Of a stretch of 64,000 nucleotides of DNA, positions 63,401-64,000 are shown in pieces. The stretch lies in assembly GCF_009914755.1 (NCBI RefSeq), contig NC_060946.1. One strand, written 5' to 3'. Each line of letters begins with the position of its first letter. Position 1 is the stretch's first letter. Both the position numbers and the translations under genes were made by a program. The DNA comes from the human T2T-CHM13v2.0 reference genome, Homo sapiens. Below the pieces are notes generated by a model, which had not been told where the DNA came from, made no database searches, and saw nothing but the letters and a program-made list of their open reading frames with translations.

Positions 63401-64000
63401 AAATGTCCACTTGCAGATTCAACAAAAAGTGTTTTTCAGAACTGCTCTATCAAAAGAAAGATCCACCTCTGTTAGCTGAGTTCACACATCACAAACAAGT
63501 TTATGAGAATGCTTCTGTCTAGTTTTTATTTGAAGACATTTCCTTTCTCACCATAGACCTGAAAGCTGTCCTAATGTTCACTTCCAGATACTACAGAAAG
63601 AGTGTTTCAAAACTGCTGTACGAAAGGGAATGTTCAACTCTGTGACTTGAATGCACACATCACAAAGAAGTTTCTGAGGATGCTGCTGTCTACTTTTTAT
63701 ACGTAATCCCGTTTCCAACGAAATCCTCCAAGCTATCCAAATATCCACTTGCAGATTCCACAGAAAGACTGTTTCAAAACTGCTCTGTCAATAGAAAGGT
63801 TCAACTCTGTTAGCTGCGTGCATATATCCCAAAGAAGATTCTGAGATTGCTTCTGTCTAGTTTTTATGGGAAGATATTTCCCTTTTCACCGTAGGCGTCA
63901 AGGCGCTCCAAATGTCCACTTCCAGATACTACAAAAAGAGTGTTTCAAACCTACTCTGTGAAAGCGAATATTCAACTCTGTGACTTGAATGCACATATCA

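Larger units (their letters stand above)
1..64000 (-). repeat. Centromeric alpha-satellite higher-order repeat array, about 47 copies of a 1,364-bp 8-mer HOR
   Basis: About 171-bp monomers with alphoid motifs (gttcaactctgtga, tttctgagaatgcttctgtctag, tatccacttgcagattctacaaaaagagtgtttcaaaactgctc) fill the window. Near-identical sequence recurs every 1,364 bp (e.g. atgaaaggcaat at 197, 1561, 4289, 7017 ... 60208; phase shifts total only -5 bp). Strand is given relative to the conventional CENP-B box orientation. Confidence 0.99.

Noticed and set aside
197-63475. Repeated 65-aa (MKGNVQLCDL...) and 71-aa (MPQSCSLKRN...) + strand ORFs
   Set aside because: They are chance open frames across alpha-satellite monomers. 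They appear and vanish with single SNPs (atg>agg, gat>taa), several use non-ATG starts, they resemble each other only because the monomers are homologous, and I recognise no protein domain.
1-64000. CRISPR-like pattern of a conserved 17-bp motif at regular spacing
   Set aside because: The intervening sequences are themselves homologous repeats of about 325 bp, not unique spacers. There are no cas genes, and the motif is the CENP-B box.
1-64000. Transposon insertion (L1/Alu), inversion or monomer-number HOR variants
   Set aside because: HOR phase is conserved to within 5 bp over the whole window, and CENP-B boxes stay on the same strand throughout, leaving no room for such events.
1-64000. 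Claim that this window is the kinetochore-forming (CENP-A / hypomethylated) domain
   Set aside because: High homogeneity and dense CENP-B boxes fit an active-type array, but kinetochore position is epigenetic and cannot be read from sequence.

Overview
The whole 64 kb window is one uninterrupted, single-orientation array of primate (most likely human) centromeric alpha satellite. It is built from about 47 copies of a 1,364-bp higher-order repeat (HOR) of 8 monomers (seven of 171 bp, one of 167 bp). CENP-B-box monomers alternate strictly with A-box (pJalpha-type) monomers, and the canonical CENP-B box reads on the - strand. The dimeric organisation and 8-mer size fit a suprachromosomal family 2 active array, best guess D14Z9/D22Z1 (S2C14/22H1L), which cannot be confirmed here. 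I see no genes, RNA genes, transposon insertions, inversions or monomer-number variants. All listed ORFs are chance frames repeated with the satellite, and I find no novel coding system. The real structure is in the variants. Two homogeneous flanks (about 1-19.6 kb and 40-64 kb) share a derived haplotype and are built from 4-HOR (5,456-bp) super-repeats. They enclose a more diverged island of about 20 kb that has ancestral-looking alleles, nested 3-HOR and 7-HOR periodicities, all five net 1-bp deletions, and a cluster of disrupted CENP-B boxes near 36.8-38.5 kb. Variants were read by eye, so counts are minima and boundaries are approximate.
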